DNA of 63,256 bases, filler included. It is 8 parts of 8 records of this genome, joined end to end, with 100 filler letters (N's around TTAATTAATTAA, not from the genome) between each part and the next. Parts side by side here need not be neighbours in the genome. Positions count along the whole stretch, not along the records: positions 41,033 to 49,878 come from SRR20825010_6638; positions 49,979 to 55,481 come from SRR20825010_6647; positions 55,582 to 59,687 come from SRR20825010_6657; positions 59,788 to 63,256 come from SRR20825010_6673; 4 more parts are not named here. The stretch is one strand, 5' to 3'. Within the stretch, counting starts at the first letter, position 1, and each line of letters opens with the position of its first letter. The translations under genes and the position numbers were made by a program. This document shows positions 47,883 through 60,512 of the stretch, one piece after another. Below the pieces are notes generated by a model. The model saw only the letters and a program-made list of their open reading frames with translations, did not search any database and was not told the origin of the DNA.

Positions 47883-48148
47883 ATTTTGATGATAAGAGAT
47901 TTACAGCACCGCACTAAAACTTGTTTTCGAAGATAGGAATGATTTTCTCAACTTAAGTGATATTGCGAAGCAAGAAGCCCGTAAGGTTTTTAGCGGCTTG
48001 TTCTAGGTAATCTACTTTAATTGTCATAATTAATTTAATACATTTACCCATGTTTTATTCCAAATAATGAGGTTGTAAAATACCACGTTTTCTCGCTTAA
48101 AACAATTTTAATAATGTGGCTATGGCACGTTTGATCTAAATTACATAT

Positions 48149-49878
48149 ATGATTAAGTTGAAGGTATTAATATTCTCCTTTTTATGTTCATGGAACTTGA
48201 TTTTAAATGCACAGGTTCCAGATTTCGATTGGGTAAAGACACCAAGCAGCACAGGCTTTACTTGGGCAGCTGCTATAACGACGGATTCTTTAGGTAATAG
48301 TTATACAGTAGGTCTGTTTCAAGGGACTACGGATTTTGATCCTGGTCCAGGCGTATTTTCACTCAATTCATTTAATAATTCTGTTTATGTATTGAAACTG
48401 TCTCCAGTTGGAGATTTTATTTGGGCTAAAAAAATTAGTGGAAATTTTGTTTATGGATCTTTGCCCGCTTTTGATATTGTTGCTGATACTGCTAACAGTA
48501 TTTTCATCACAGGTGGATTTAGTTATACAATTGATTTTGACCCTGGTGTTAATGTCTCGACTCAAACTTCAAATGGTCTATCCGATGTTTTTGTTTTAAA
48601 GCTGTCTGATTCAGGTGATTTTACATGGGTAAGAACATTTGGAGGCCCTAGTTATGACAGAGCTCATGGTATTGACGTAAATGACTTTGGAGATATAGTT
48701 GTTGTTGGACGATTTGAAGATTCCGTAGATTTTGACCCGGGAATTCCTGTAGAGTATAGAGTTTCAAATGGACTCATGGATGGTTTTGTTTGTGTTTTGG
48801 ATGCGAGCGGCTCATTTAAGTGGGTTAATTCATACGGTAGTGCTAACTCTAATGATGAGATAAGAAAAGCAACGGTTGACTCAGATAAAAATGTCTATAT
48901 AACTGGACAATTTGGTGATAGTCTAGACCTCGACCCTGGACCGGACACCTTAAGTTATTCGCCGGAGCCATGGATGAATTGCTTTATTCAGAAATTGGAC
49001 TCTCTGGGAAATGAGATATGGACTTCCGTATTTCCATGGACTTTTGCTCTTTCTTTGAGACATGATGGATTTGGGAGTGTTTATGCAACGGGGCTATTTC
49101 GGGATTCTACAGATTTCGATCCTGGTGTAAACACTAACATGTTTTATTCAGTTGGGAGTAGTGACGCGTTTTTATTGAAATTAACCGAAGACTTAGGAAG
49201 TTTTGAGTGGGTCAGAACTATTTCAGGTCCAAACAGTCAGATTGCCCGAGACGTTGACATTGATGGGGTAGGAAATGTCTTTTGGGCTGGTGATTTCGGT
49301 GGCACGACAAATTTTGATCCTGGAGTAAGTGATTATAGTGTCACGTCTGGTGGCTTCGCTATCTGGGATGACGCATTCATTGAAAAAATGACCCCAAATG
49401 GTGATTTTGTATGGGTTCATCATTTTGGTAATATTGGTCAAGATCAAGTGTTGGCTATGGACGTAGACGATTTTGGAAGTATATTTTCTTGCGGAACATT
49501 TTCTAATCTTGTGGATTTTGATCCGGGAGGAGCTGTTTATACGGAATATGCAAGTCCTGGAGGTGGATTTACACATAAAATAAAAGAGTGTATTCCTGGA
49601 GTTTCCGACTTTTATCATACTACATGTGATTCATATAACTGGATTGACGGTAACACTTACACTTCGAGTAATTTTGAAGCGACGTATTCGCTTGCAGATT
49701 CAGCTTCAAATGGCTGCGACAGTATAGTGAAGCTTCACTTAACGATATTGAACCCTTCATTCGTAACGGACGTTATTGCGACATGCGACCCATATACATG
49801 GATTGACGGAATAACGTACACTTCTTCAAATAACTCAGCAACATACATATTGACAAATGCACTTGGGTGTGATTCCAT
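48149..49878 (+). CDS. Secreted SBBP-type beta-propeller repeat protein, 3'-truncated (probable T9SS cargo)
   Basis: Signal peptide, about seven DFDPG-containing repeats, then CDSYNWIDG/GCDS repeats. Confidence 0.85.
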
Positions 49879-49978
49879 NNNNNNNNNNNNNNNNNNNNNN
49901 NNNNNNNNNNNNNNNNNNNNNNTTAATTAATTAANNNNNNNNNNNNNNNNNNNNNNNNNNNNNNNNNNNNNNNNNNNN
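49879..49978. other. Artificial contig spacer
   Basis: N44-TTAATTAATTAA-N44. Confidence 0.99.
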
Positions 49979-50665
49979 GAACATTTCAACGAAATCGGAA
50001 CCCGAAATGGCGAAGAATGGCACTTTGGCTTCACCTGCAATGGCTTTGGCCAGCAGGGTTTTACCTGTACCGGGCGAGCCCACCATCAACACACCACGGG
50101 GAATGCGACCACCCAGTTTCTGGAACTTGGTGGGGTCTTTCAGGAATTCAACCAACTCGTGCACGTCTTCTTTGGCTTCGTCGCAACCCGCAACATCCGC
50201 AAAAGTAACGGGGTTGGTGTTCTCATCCAGCAGCTTCGCTCGACTTTTGCCGAAACTGAACGCCCCGCCCTTGCCACCGCCCTGCATTTGACGCATGAAG
50301 AAGATCCATACGCCAATCAGCAGCAGCATTGGGAACCAACTCACGAACAGGCTCATCAAAAGTGACGGCTCTTCATCGGGCTTGGCGCGCACTTGCACGC
50401 CGTACTTCAGCAAGTCGCCGACCATCCAGATGTCGCCGGGCGAGTACACGACCCGTTCACGGTCATCGTTGGTGAGGGCGCGCACGGTGCGGCCCTCAAC
50501 GATCACGCTCTTGATGCGTCCATTTTGCGCATCCTGCATGAACTCTGAATAGGTCATTTCGTTGGAACGAACCTGCTGGCCTTCAAACTGTTTGAACACA
50601 GTGAAGAGCACCAGCGCCACGACCAACCAAACTGCTGCTTTGGAAAACGAATTATTCAATGCCAC
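49979..50665 (-). CDS. ftsH: ATP-dependent zinc metalloprotease, 3'-truncated
   Basis: Two TM segments, [37 protein letters not shown]; start GTG 50665 or TTG 50659. Confidence 0.97.
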
Positions 50666-50809
50666 TTCTCCTCGAGGACTCTGGCCCCACCCTAGGGAAA
50701 TGGGGGCAGGATGTCCATTTTAAACCCAAGCCAACGAATTACGCCATCACACTATTTCATGGTGTGCATTAACAATCGCAATCGCTAGGGTGATGCTGCC
50801 TTAAATTAC

Positions 50810-51445
50810 TTATTTAAGACCCTTGCAAAGCAAAAAGGTTTCCCGGGATCGATCACGGGAGGCCTTTGGTTTGCGCGGCGACACACTTTTAAACACTTGT
50901 TTCATCTGGTGCACGATGTTGCTGTAAGACGAACCATGAAAAATTTTCACAATCAACGCCCCGTTGGGCTTGAGGTGATTCAAGGCAAAATCAATGGCCA
51001 ACTCACACACATGCTCAATTCGGGCTGAATCAGCCGCAGCAACGCCTGAAAGATTGGGCGCCATGTCGGAAACAACCAAATCCAGCTTTTCTCCACCCAG
51101 GCGTTGATTCAGGTCTTCAAGCACCGCATCGTCGCGAAAATCCCCTTGAATGAATTCAACACCCGCAATAGGTTCCATTGGAAGCAGATCCAGTGCGATA
51201 ATACGGCCATTGATAACACCACCAGGCCCCACCAAGGCTTCCCGAAGCACCTGCGACCAACTTCCCGGCGCACTGCCCAGGTCGACCACCTTGATGCCCG
51301 GTGTCAACAACCCTTCCGGCTCTGCGATTTCCTTCAGTTTGAAGGCCGCGCGGGCGCGATAACCCGCATTCGTGGCCATTTTCACGTAAGGGTCGTTGAT
51401 GTGGTCATGCAACCAGTTTTTATTGAGTTTCTTCTTTTTAGCCAC
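50810..51445 (-). CDS. rlmE: 23S rRNA Um2552 methyltransferase
   Basis: [30 protein letters not shown]. Confidence 0.97.
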   Translation of the reverse strand: MAKKKKLNKNWLHDHINDPYVKMATNAGYRARAAFKLKEIAEPEGLLTPGIKVVDLGSAPGSWSQVLREALVGPGGVINGRIIALDLLPMEPIAGVEFIQGDFRDDAVLEDLNQRLGGEKLDLVVSDMAPNLSGVAAADSARIEHVCELAIDFALNHLKPNGALIVKIFHGSSYSNIVHQMKQVFKSVSPRKPKASRDRSRETFLLCKGLK

Positions 51446-51473
51446 CGATTACCCAACCGAGTGAAAAATTAAT

Positions 51474-51845
51474 ATGACGGACACCGCTGCTGTAACCCTG
51501 ACACCTGCAGAAAAAAAGGCGCTCAAAGCCCAGGCCCATGCGTTGGATCCGGTAGTTTTGATTGGCGACAAGGGTTTGACACCCAATGTGGTCAAGGAAA
51601 TTGACATGAACCTGAATGCCCACGGCCTGATTAAAGTACGTGTTGCAGGCGACGACCGTGAGGCCCGCCTTGAATATGCGCAAACCATTTGCGGCGAAAC
51701 TGGCGCAGCCCTGGTTCAACACATTGGCAAATTGCTGGTGTTGTTTCGACCCAAAGCCGAAGACACCGAAAAAGCCAAGGCCAAAAGCCGCCCAAAACCC
51801 AAGGGTCCACGCCAAACCAAGCGCCAGTTCAATTCAAAAAGCTGA
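51474..51845 (+). CDS. yhbY: CRM-domain RNA-binding protein
   Basis: LKAQAHALDPVVLIG, HGLIKVRV, VQHIGKLLVL; divergent from rlmE. Confidence 0.93.
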   Translation: MTDTAAVTLTPAEKKALKAQAHALDPVVLIGDKGLTPNVVKEIDMNLNAHGLIKVRVAGDDREARLEYAQTICGETGAALVQHIGKLLVLFRPKAEDTEKAKAKSRPKPKGPRQTKRQFNSKS

Positions 51846-51859
51846 AAACTGCCGGTGAA

Positions 51860-52333
51860 TCAGGCCTCTGCAGCTTGGTTCACCCCGTAGCGGTTTAAGC
51901 CCCAGACCAACGCACCAATCATTTTGATTGAATACAGCACGGTTGAAAGTGCATGTATGTTGCCGAACCGGCTGCGCATTTCAACCAGGTCATCACCTTG
52001 CAAGGTGCTCATGCCTTCGCGCAATTCATTCATGTGCGGGTGCAACCATGCCAGTTCCAGCACACACACACCCAAAACCACCGCCATTAGCACATTCACC
52101 TTGGTGCCTGCGTGTAGCCCGTTCACGAAATTGGACAACACCAGAAGCACCACACTGGCAAACAGCGAATACAAGGCCAACATGTAGAACAGGCGGCCAG
52201 CCACCAAGCCCGCTTCCGGGCGCGGCAACCATTTGAACAAGCCCGGCGCAACCAAAATGGCCATGAACCACAAGGCACCGAGCCAAATCGCCCAAAATGC
52301 CAGTTCTGTACCCCTAAAGCCACGCCAAGTCAT
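51860..52333 (-). CDS. DUF4149-like membrane protein
   Basis: Four TM segments, VAPGLF...AGLVAGRLF, FGNIHALS; conserved position downstream of greA. Confidence 0.75.
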   Translation of the reverse strand: MTWRGFRGTELAFWAIWLGALWFMAILVAPGLFKWLPRPEAGLVAGRLFYMLALYSLFASVVLLVLSNFVNGLHAGTKVNVLMAVVLGVCVLELAWLHPHMNELREGMSTLQGDDLVEMRSRFGNIHALSTVLYSIKMIGALVWGLNRYGVNQAAEA

Positions 52334-52347
52334 TGTTGCTGCACCCC

Positions 52348-52824
52348 TTAGATGTACTTTACTTCCAGCACTTCGTATTCGCGCAAGCCGCCCGGTGCCT
52401 GAACATGCGCCACATCGCCTTCGTACTTGCCGATCAGGGCACGTGCGATTGGGCTGGAAATGGAAATCAGGCCCGATTTAATATCAGCTTCGTCGTCGCC
52501 CACAATCTGATATTCAACACTGGCACCCGCTTCAATGTCTTCAAGCTTGACGGTTGCACCAAACACCACGCGGCCTTCGGCATCCACATTGGTGGGGTCG
52601 ATAATTTGCGCGTTGCTTAGCTTGCCTTCAATTTCCTTGATGCGCCCTTCGATAAAACCCTGCTTTTCTTTGGCAGCATCGTATTCGGCGTTTTCAGACA
52701 AATCACCCTGCGCACGCGCTTCAGAAATGGCATTGATCACCGACGGGCGATCAATGGTTTTAAGGCGATGCAATTCTTGTTTCAGCTTTTCAGCACCCTT
52801 GACTGTCAATGGGATAGTGGCCAT
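52348..52824 (-). CDS. greA: Transcription elongation factor
   Basis: [27 protein letters not shown]. Confidence 0.97.
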   Translation of the reverse strand: MATIPLTVKGAEKLKQELHRLKTIDRPSVINAISEARAQGDLSENAEYDAAKEKQGFIEGRIKEIEGKLSNAQIIDPTNVDAEGRVVFGATVKLEDIEAGASVEYQIVGDDEADIKSGLISISSPIARALIGKYEGDVAHVQAPGGLREYEVLEVKYI

Positions 52825-52841
52825 AACTTCCAGTATTTCCT

Positions 52842-52887
52842 GCAAATGGAAAGCCGCCTGATAGCAGGAATTGCTATAAGACGGCTT
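52842..52887 (-). terminator. Terminator-like hairpin between carB and greA
   Basis: Minus strand AAGCCGTCTTATAGCA-ATTCC-TGCTATCAGGCGGCTT followed by TCCATTT. Confidence 0.6.
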
Positions 52888-52906
52888 AAAGGTTCAGACA
52901 AGCAAA

Positions 52907-55481
52907 TTAAGCGGAGAGTTCCGCGTGCAGGCTTTGAACGCTGTAAACGTCCATCGCGCCAAGGTGCTTCATGCCCTCAACTGAAGCCAATGCACCTGCC
53001 ATGGTTGTAAAGATCGTAACACGAGAACTTAGTGATGTGGTTCGAATGTAACGGCTGTCATTGATCGCACTTCTGCGCTCTTCGACCGTGTTCACCACCA
53101 GTTGCACTTCACCGTTTTTCAACATGTCCACAATATTGGGGCGGCCTTCCAGCACCTTGTTCACCACCGTGCATTCAACGCCGCCCGCGATAATGGCCGC
53201 TGCCGTACCGCGTGTTGCGATGATCTTGAAACCCAGCTCAACCAGGCCTTTGGCCAGCTTCACTGTGTGCTTCTTGTCTTCGGTTTTCACGCTGATGAAG
53301 GCCGTGCCGCCTTCCGGCAGCTTCACTGAAGCAGCCAGTTGCGATTTCACAAATGCTTCGCCGAATGTACGGCCTACGCCCATTACTTCGCCGGTGGACT
53401 TCATTTCAGGGCCAAGAATGGTGTCGACACCCGGGAATTTGACGAAGGGGAACACGGCTTCTTTCACGGAGAAGTACTTGGGCACCACTTCGCCCTTCAC
53501 TCCCTGTGCTTCAAATGTTTGACCTGCCATGCAGCGTGCTGCAATTTTTGCCAGCTGCAGGCCAGTGGCCTTGGAAACATAAGGCACGGTGCGGGATGCA
53601 CGTGGATTCACTTCCAGCACGAACACGGTGTCATTTTGAATGGCGAACTGCACGTTCATCAAGCCGACCACATTCAGTGCCTTGGCCATTACCTCGGACT
53701 GGCGCTTCAGTTCATTGACCATGTCAGCAGACAAGCTGTATGGGGGCAGGCAGCAGGCAGAGTCGCCACTGTGCACACCTGCTTGTTCGATGTGTTCCAT
53801 CACACCGCCGATCATCACGGTATGGCCGTCGCACAGTGCATCCACATCCACTTCAATTGCGTCGTTCAAGAAGCGGTCCAGCAGCACGGGGCTGTCGTTG
53901 CTTACTTTCACGGCTTCGCGCATGTAGCGTTCAAGGTCTTTCTGCTCGTGCACAATTTCCATGGCACGGCCACCCAGCACATAGCTTGGGCGCACTACCA
54001 GTGGGTAACCAATTTCCTGCGCATGCGAAATGGCTTCCGCTTCGGTGCGCGCAGTGCGGTTTGGCGGCTGGCGCAGATTCAGCTTGGTCAACAGCTTCTG
54101 GAAACGCTCGCGGTCTTCGGCAATGTCGATGCTTTCAGGGCTGGTACCGATAATGGGCACGCCGTTGGCTTCAAGCGATTTCGCCAATTTCAGTGGTGTT
54201 TGGCCACCGTACTGAACGATGACGCCGATGGGCTTTTCAATGGCCACAATTTCCAGCACGTCTTCCAGTGTCAGTGGCTCGAAGTACAGGCGATCAGAAG
54301 TGTCGTAGTCGGTTGAAACTGTTTCAGGGTTGCAGTTGACCATGATGGTTTCATAGCCATCTTCACGCAGCGCCATGGCGGCGTGTACACAGCAGTAGTC
54401 AAACTCAATACCCTGACCAATGCGGTTGGGTCCACCGCCCAGTACCATGATTTTTTTCTTGTCTGTGGGCGCAGCTTCGCATTCCTCTTCGTAAGTGGAA
54501 TACATGTAGGCCGTGCCGGTTTTAAATTCAGCGGCGCAAGTGTCTACGCGCTTGTAAACCGGGCGCACATTGTATTGGTGGCGAAGTTTGCGAATTTCCG
54601 CCTCGGAGGTATCCAGCAGATAAGCAAGGCGACGGTCCGAGAAACCTTTGCGCTTGAGCAAACGCATCACGGGCTCTGTCAAATCAGCCAGCGTTTTGGT
54701 TTCCAGTTCCAGTTCCGTGTCGACGATGTCTTGAATTTGAACCAGGAACCAGCGGTCAATTTTGGTCAGCTGGTGTACTTCTTCCAGGCTAAAGCCTTGG
54801 GCAAATGCATCGCCCACGTAGAAGATACGTTCGGGGCCAGGTTCACCCAGTTCGCGCTCAATCACTTCGCGGTCGGTTGTTTTCTGGTTCAAACCGTCCA
54901 CGCCCACTTCAAGACCACGCAGGGCTTTCTGGAAACTTTCCTGGAAGGTGCGACCCATGGCCATGACTTCACCCACCGATTTCATTTGGGTGGTCAGGCG
55001 GTCGTCGGCAGTAGGGAATTTTTCGAATGCAAAACGCGGAATTTTGGTGACCACGTAGTCGATCGAAGGCTCGAACGATGCGGGGGTCAGGCCACCGGTG
55101 ATGTCGTTTTTCAACTCATCGAGCGTGTAGCCCACAGACAGCTTGGCAGCCACTTTGGCAATCGGGAAACCGGTTGCTTTGGACGCCAAGGCGGACGAAC
55201 GTGACACACGCGGGTTCATTTCGATCACGATCATGCGGCCATTGGCCGGGTTGATCGAGAACTGAACGTTGGAACCGCCAGTATCTACGCCGATTTCGCG
55301 CAGAATCGCAATCGACGCATTGCGCATCAACTGGTATTCGCGGTCAGTCAGGGTTTGTGCCGGGGCAACAGTAATGCTGTCGCCGGTGTGCACGCCCATG
55401 GGGTCGAGGTTTTCGATGGAACATACGATAATGCAGTTGTCTGCACTGTCGCGCACCACTTCCATTTCGTATTCTTTCCAG
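52907..55481 (-). CDS. carB: Carbamoyl-phosphate synthase large subunit, 5'-truncated
   Basis: [42 protein letters not shown] domain. Confidence 0.98.
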
Positions 55482-55581
55482 NNNNNNNNNNNNNNNNNNN
55501 NNNNNNNNNNNNNNNNNNNNNNNNNTTAATTAATTAANNNNNNNNNNNNNNNNNNNNNNNNNNNNNNNNNNNNNNNNNNNN
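55482..55581. other. Artificial contig spacer
   Basis: N44-TTAATTAATTAA-N44. Confidence 0.99.
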
Positions 55582-56294
55582 GGCTCCTGCGGCTTCGGCT
55601 CGATCAGGATCGTGCCCTTGAAGCCAATCTTGTGCTTGTACTCGACCACCAGGTTGAGGAAGCGACCGAGCTGATTGTCCTCGCGCTTGAGGTCGGTGTT
55701 GAGCAGGGTCTCGTAGCCTTCGCGCCCGCCCCAGAGCACATAGTTGGCGCCGCCGAGCTTGTGGGTCGCGTCGATGCAGGTCTTCACCGTCGCGGCGGCG
55801 AAGGCAAAGACGTCCGGATCCGGATTGGTCGCAGCCCCCGACATGTAGCGCCGGTTGGAAAACAGGTTGGCCGTACCCCACAACAGCTTCACACCGGTGG
55901 CTTCCTGCTTGCCGGCGAAATAGTCGACTATCTCTTCGAGGTTCTTGGTGTTTTCTGCGAAATTGGAGCCTTCCGGGCGCACATCGGCATCATGGAAACA
56001 GTAGTACGGCGCGCCGAGCGCCGAGAACATTTCGAACGCGACATCTGCCTTCAACTTGGCCAGTTGCATCGTGTCGGCGGGAAACCAGGAGCGGTCGAAG
56101 GTTCGGCCTCCAAACGGATCGCCGCCCTCCCAAGCAAAGGAATGCCAGTAGGCAACGGCAAAGCGCAGATGATCTTCCATCCGCTTGCCCATGACCATTT
56201 CGTCGGCATTGTAATGGCGGAAGGCCAGCGGATTGCTGTTCTCCGGCCCTTCATACTTGATCCTGGTGACGTCTCCGAAAAATCCTGTACTCAT
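55582..56294 (-). CDS. xylA: Xylose isomerase (class II), 3'-truncated
   Basis: AYWHSF, FHDAD, WGTANLF, WGGREGY, IEPKPQEP; ATGA overlap with xylB. Confidence 0.97.
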
Positions 56295-57745
56295 GACAAG
56301 GCTCCTTTGATTGCGGGATAAAGCGCACGATACTTCAGGTATGCCTCGTCGAAGGCTGCCGAGAGATCGCGATTGGGGTGAATGGTTCTTTCCGTGGCCG
56401 GCTGCGTGCACACGGAGAAGGGATCGGCGTTTTCCGCCGCGATCAGGCCAAGCCGGGCGGCGCCGAACGCGGCACCGAAATCACCGCCTTCGGGAATGTC
56501 CACCGGCAGGTTGAGCACGGTGGCAAGGCCCTGCAGCCAGTAGTCCGACTTCGATCCGCCGCCGATGGCGGTAACCCGGGTCAGCGACGTGCCCGCCTGC
56601 GCAAGTGCTGCCAGGCTGTCGCGGAAAGCAAAGCAGACGCCTTCGAGCACGGCACGCGTCAGCGCGGCGCGATCGGACTCGTGTTCGAGACCGGCAAAAC
56701 TGCCCCGAATGGAGGCGTCGTTGTGCGGTGTCCGCTCGCCGGAAAGATAGGGCAGGAACATCACCGAACCGGGCGCCAGCAGGGTATCGCCCAACTCCGA
56801 TGTGAGCGCCGAGGGCTTTGTCGAGGTGATGCCGGAAAGCCAGTTGAGCGAATCCGTTGCCGACAGGATCACCCCCATCTGGTGCCAGGTCCCGGGCAGC
56901 GCATGGCAGAATGCGTGCACGGCGCTGTCGGGATTGGGCAGATACCGGTTGTTGGCTGCAAACAGCACGCCAGAGGTTCCAAGCGAGGCAAAGGCATGGT
57001 TGTCACCCACCGTTCCCATGCCACAGGCGGAGGCCGCATTGTCGCCTGCCCCGCCTGCGATCGGAATACCCGCCGGCAAGCCGAGATCCTGCGCCACATC
57101 GGCCCGCAACGAACCGGCGGGCTCGGTACCCTCAACCAATGAAGGCATCTGGCTGCGATCAAGACCGGTGGCGGCCAGAAGACTGTCGTCCCAGGCGCGC
57201 TGGCCGGTATCAAGCCAGGACGTTCCGGCCGAATCCGACATCTCGGAAATCGCCTCGCCACTCAGCCAGAGCCTCAGGTAATCCTTTGGCAGCAGCACCT
57301 TGGCAACCCGGGCGAAGGCTTCGGGCTCGTTGGCCGCCATCCATTTCAGTTTCGGCGCGGTGAAGCCTGGGAAGACGATATTGCCGGTCAGGCGCCGGAA
57401 TATCGGATTGGCATCCAGTTCCGCCGCTTCCTTGTAGCTGCGCGTGTCGTTCCACAGGATGCATGGCCGGATCACCTTGCCGTCACGGTCGATGGTCGTT
57501 GCGCCATGCATGTGCCCCGACAGCCCGATGCCACGCACCTTGGCCAGTTCCGCAGCATGGGTCTTGCCAAGCTCCGCGAGCGCTGCCCGTGTCGCCACGA
57601 TCCAGCTGTCCGGATCCTGTTCAGACCATCCGTGATGCGGCCGCTCGACGGTGAGCGGCGCACTGGCCGAACCCAGGATGCGCTGATTGTCATCTATCAG
57701 CAGCGCCTTCAGCGATGAGGTTCCGAGATCAAGTCCGAGATACAT
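56291..57745 (-). CDS. xylB: Xylulokinase
   Basis: [33 protein letters not shown]. Confidence 0.96.
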   Translation of the reverse strand: MYLGLDLGTSSLKALLIDDNQRILGSASAPLTVERPHHGWSEQDPDSWIVATRAALAELGKTHAAELAKVRGIGLSGHMHGATTIDRDGKVIRPCILWNDTRSYKEAAELDANPIFRRLTGNIVFPGFTAPKLKWMAANEPEAFARVAKVLLPKDYLRLWLSGEAISEMSDSAGTSWLDTGQRAWDDSLLAATGLDRSQMPSLVEGTEPAGSLRADVAQDLGLPAGIPIAGGAGDNAASACGMGTVGDNHAFASLGTSGVLFAANNRYLPNPDSAVHAFCHALPGTWHQMGVILSATDSLNWLSGITSTKPSALTSELGDTLLAPGSVMFLPYLSGERTPHNDASIRGSFAGLEHESDRAALTRAVLEGVCFAFRDSLAALAQAGTSLTRVTAIGGGSKSDYWLQGLATVLNLPVDIPEGGDFGAAFGAARLGLIAAENADPFSVCTQPATERTIHPNRDLSAAFDEAYLKYRALYPAIKGALS

Positions 57746-57793
57746 GGCGGCGGATCCTTTCAGCAAAATGCGGGATTGGCTCGGGACACGCGG

Positions 57794-58816
57794 TCATGGC
57801 AGATTGTCCCTGAGGAAAATATCGATGCGAATTCGCTCCTGCGCACTGATCGGCATCAATCCGTCTGATCGCGCTTTCAGCACGCGGATCGCGCTGCGCA
57901 CTTCATGCCCGCAATCCTGGTTGATGACGGCATCGAACAGGCCGTCGGCAAGCGCCTGGCGCGAGTGTTCGGTCACTTCGTGCGCAACGACCGTGAGCTT
58001 TCTTGAAACGTGGCCTGCAAGGGCCTCGATCAGCCCGCGCGTGCCCGCGCCGAGACTGTAGATCGCCGTGATGCCGGCGTCGGCCTCGAGCGCGGCCGTG
58101 ACCGCCTGCCTGACCGCGTCCGCATCATCGTTCGTCTCCACCGGCCCGACGATTTCGAGCTCTGGAAATTCAGTGTTCAGCACCTCGGCAAAGCCTGACG
58201 CCCGGTCCATGTGGTCCGACAGTTTCATCGATCCGGCCACGACCAGCACCTTGCCGGCGCGTCCGGCGCGGAACCGTCCGATGAGCCCGCCGGCAGTCCG
58301 TCCGGCCGCCAGGTTGTCGATGCCGCAGTAATGAATGCGCCGTGATCCCGGCAGATCGGACACCAGTGTGGCGACATGAACGCCCTTGTCGACCAGGCGG
58401 TCCACCGCAGCGGTCACGTCGGGCGTATCGGTCGCGACAAGGGCTACGCCCGTCACCTGTGCCGGATCGAGTGAATCGAGAACGCCGACGATCGCCGCCG
58501 GATCGAAGGGCGGCACAGTTTCGATCCGGATCGAGGTTCGTTCCGCCGGCGACCGCTGCATGGCGGCGCGGATCTCCGCTTCAAGGCCGCGCATGAAGCT
58601 GTTAGGTCCTCCGGGCACGATGAACAGCAGCGGATAGATCCGCCTCTTCGCCAGGTTCGCGGCAGAAACGTCGCGCACATATCCGAGACGCTCAACCGCG
58701 GCCTCGACCTTGTCGACGGTCTTCTGCCGCACCCCCGGTCGGGCATTGAGCACCCGGTCGACGGTCGCCAGGCTGACGCCGGCTTCAGCCGCAATGTCAT
58801 GTACTGTCGGTCGCAT
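57794..58816 (-). CDS. LacI-family regulator of the xylose operon
   Basis: TVHDIAAEAGVSLATVDRVLN HTH plus a periplasmic-binding-like domain. Confidence 0.93.
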   Translation of the reverse strand: MRPTVHDIAAEAGVSLATVDRVLNARPGVRQKTVDKVEAAVERLGYVRDVSAANLAKRRIYPLLFIVPGGPNSFMRGLEAEIRAAMQRSPAERTSIRIETVPPFDPAAIVGVLDSLDPAQVTGVALVATDTPDVTAAVDRLVDKGVHVATLVSDLPGSRRIHYCGIDNLAAGRTAGGLIGRFRAGRAGKVLVVAGSMKLSDHMDRASGFAEVLNTEFPELEIVGPVETNDDADAVRQAVTAALEADAGITAIYSLGAGTRGLIEALAGHVSRKLTVVAHEVTEHSRQALADGLFDAVINQDCGHEVRSAIRVLKARSDGLMPISAQERIRIDIFLRDNLP

Positions 58817-58850
58817 TGTCTCCTCCTGAAAGGCCTTCTAGACCAAATTT

Positions 58851-58866
58851 TGAGGTACGTAAATCA
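58851..58866. promoter_or_regulatory. Candidate LacI operator
   Basis: Imperfect palindrome TGAGGTACGTAAATCA with central CG, 35 bp upstream of the lacI-family gene. Confidence 0.65.
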
Positions 58867-59090
58867 GAAATCGGGCGGAACCGGCATCGCTTTTGCGGCG
58901 CACCAATCATCTCCCGGAGAATCCCCCGGCAGCCGTTATACTTGACGCCACCGGCACAATATGGCCTAAGGCAGCGCCTGCCGGTCTCCGCCGCGCCTTG
59001 CCTGGCTGCAGCGTTACCGGACAGCGATCGCAGCCGGCAAAAGCCGCCGCGCGCATCATTCAACCGGACCTGAAAGCGGGCGAACACAAC

Positions 59091-59687
59091 ATGGCCAACA
59101 CTGCAACGCGGGTGCGCATCGCACCGTCTCCGACTGGCGAACCGCATGTCGGAACCGCCTACATCGCGCTGTTCAACTATCTGTTTGCAAAGAAGAACGG
59201 CGGCGAATTCATCCTGCGGATCGAGGACACCGATGCCGCCCGCTCGACGCCGGAATTTGAACAGAAGGTTCTCGACGCGCTGAAATGGTGCGGCCTGTCA
59301 TGGTCCGAAGGCCCCGATATCGGCGGCCCATACGGTCCTTACCGGCAGAGCGAACGCAAGGACATCTACCGTCCCTATGTCGACAAGATCGTTGAAAACG
59401 GTCACGGCTTCCGCTGCTTCTGCACGCCCGAGCGCCTCGACGAGATGCGCGCCGCCCAGCGCGCGGCCGGCAAGCCGCCGAAATATGACGGCCGCTGCCT
59501 GAGCCTCACGGCCGAGGAAGTCACTACACGCATGGAAGCTGGCGAACCATCGGTGGTGCGGATGAAGATCCCGACCGAAGGCTCCTGCAAGTTTGTCGAC
59601 GGCGTTTACGGCGAGGTCGAAATTCCCTGGGAAGCCGTCGACATGCAGGTCCTGCTCAAGGCCGACGGCATGCCGACCTATCACATG
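59091..59687 (+). CDS. gltX: Glutamate-tRNA ligase, 3'-truncated
   Basis: [36 protein letters not shown]. Confidence 0.96.
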
Positions 59688-59787
59688 NNNNNNNNNNNNN
59701 NNNNNNNNNNNNNNNNNNNNNNNNNNNNNNNTTAATTAATTAANNNNNNNNNNNNNNNNNNNNNNNNNNNNNNNNNNNNNNNNNNNN
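59688..59787. other. Artificial contig spacer
   Basis: N44-TTAATTAATTAA-N44. Confidence 0.99.
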
Positions 59788-60512
59788 TTGTATCCCATTC
59801 CCTCGCCCTCGCCACGCTCGGCTGCATGGCCCCAGTAGAACGGATAGAACCGGGCCGGATCGGCATGGATCGACACCGTCAGCACATCGCGGCGGTGATA
59901 GAAGATGCCTTGCGTGCCGTTGCCGTGATGCACGTCGATATCGAGAATTGCCGGACGGTAACCGGAGCGCAGCAGCGCCTGCGCGGCAATGGCGGAATTG
60001 TTGAGAAAGCAGAACCCGCCGGCCAGATCGCCAAATGCATGGTGACCGGGCGGGCGGCACAGGGCATAGGCCTGACGGTCGCCGCCCAACACGTTATCAA
60101 CCGCGCTCAGCGCCGTCTGCGCGGACCAGTAGGCCGACTGCCAGGTTCCAGCGGCGATCGGACAGGAGGTGTCCGCCTGGTGAAAGCCGGCCTGGCCGGC
60201 CGCGGAACTCGGATAGCTGGCGGTGCGCCGGTCCGGATGGATGTTCGGGACCACCTCTTCGGAGGCGCCTTCGGTGCGCAGCCAGCGGTCGTGGATGGTT
60301 TCAAGAAAACTGAGATATTCGGGCGAATGGATCTCCGCGATCGGACCGGCGCCGTGATCGGCCGGCGCGTGGAAGTCGCATCCCGCGGCACGGGCGCCAC
60401 GGCTCAGCTCCGCGATCCGTTGCGGCTGCTCCGGATTGGCGGAAAGCCTGCCATTGGCCATGAAATGCTTCGGATCATGCGCCCATTGACGCTCGTCGAA
60501 TATCGCCTTCAT
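59788..60512 (-). CDS. Histone-deacetylase-family acetylpolyamine amidohydrolase, 3'-truncated
   Basis: PE..R, RPPGHHA, GFCFLNN, DIDVHHGNGTQ. Confidence 0.93.

Noticed and set aside
48123-48137. TGGCACG as a sigma54 promoter for the SBBP gene
   Set aside because: The -12 element (ATCT) does not match, and the implied start would leave almost no leader
48330-49530. Regularly spaced GATTTTGATCC-like repeats as a possible CRISPR array
   Set aside because: In-frame DFDPG propeller repeats about 190 bp apart inside a CDS, degenerate at third codon positions; no cas genes
41033-49878. Contig-wide TAG reassignment
   Set aside because: Two normal genes end in TAG at their expected C-termini, and no other gene has internal TAGs
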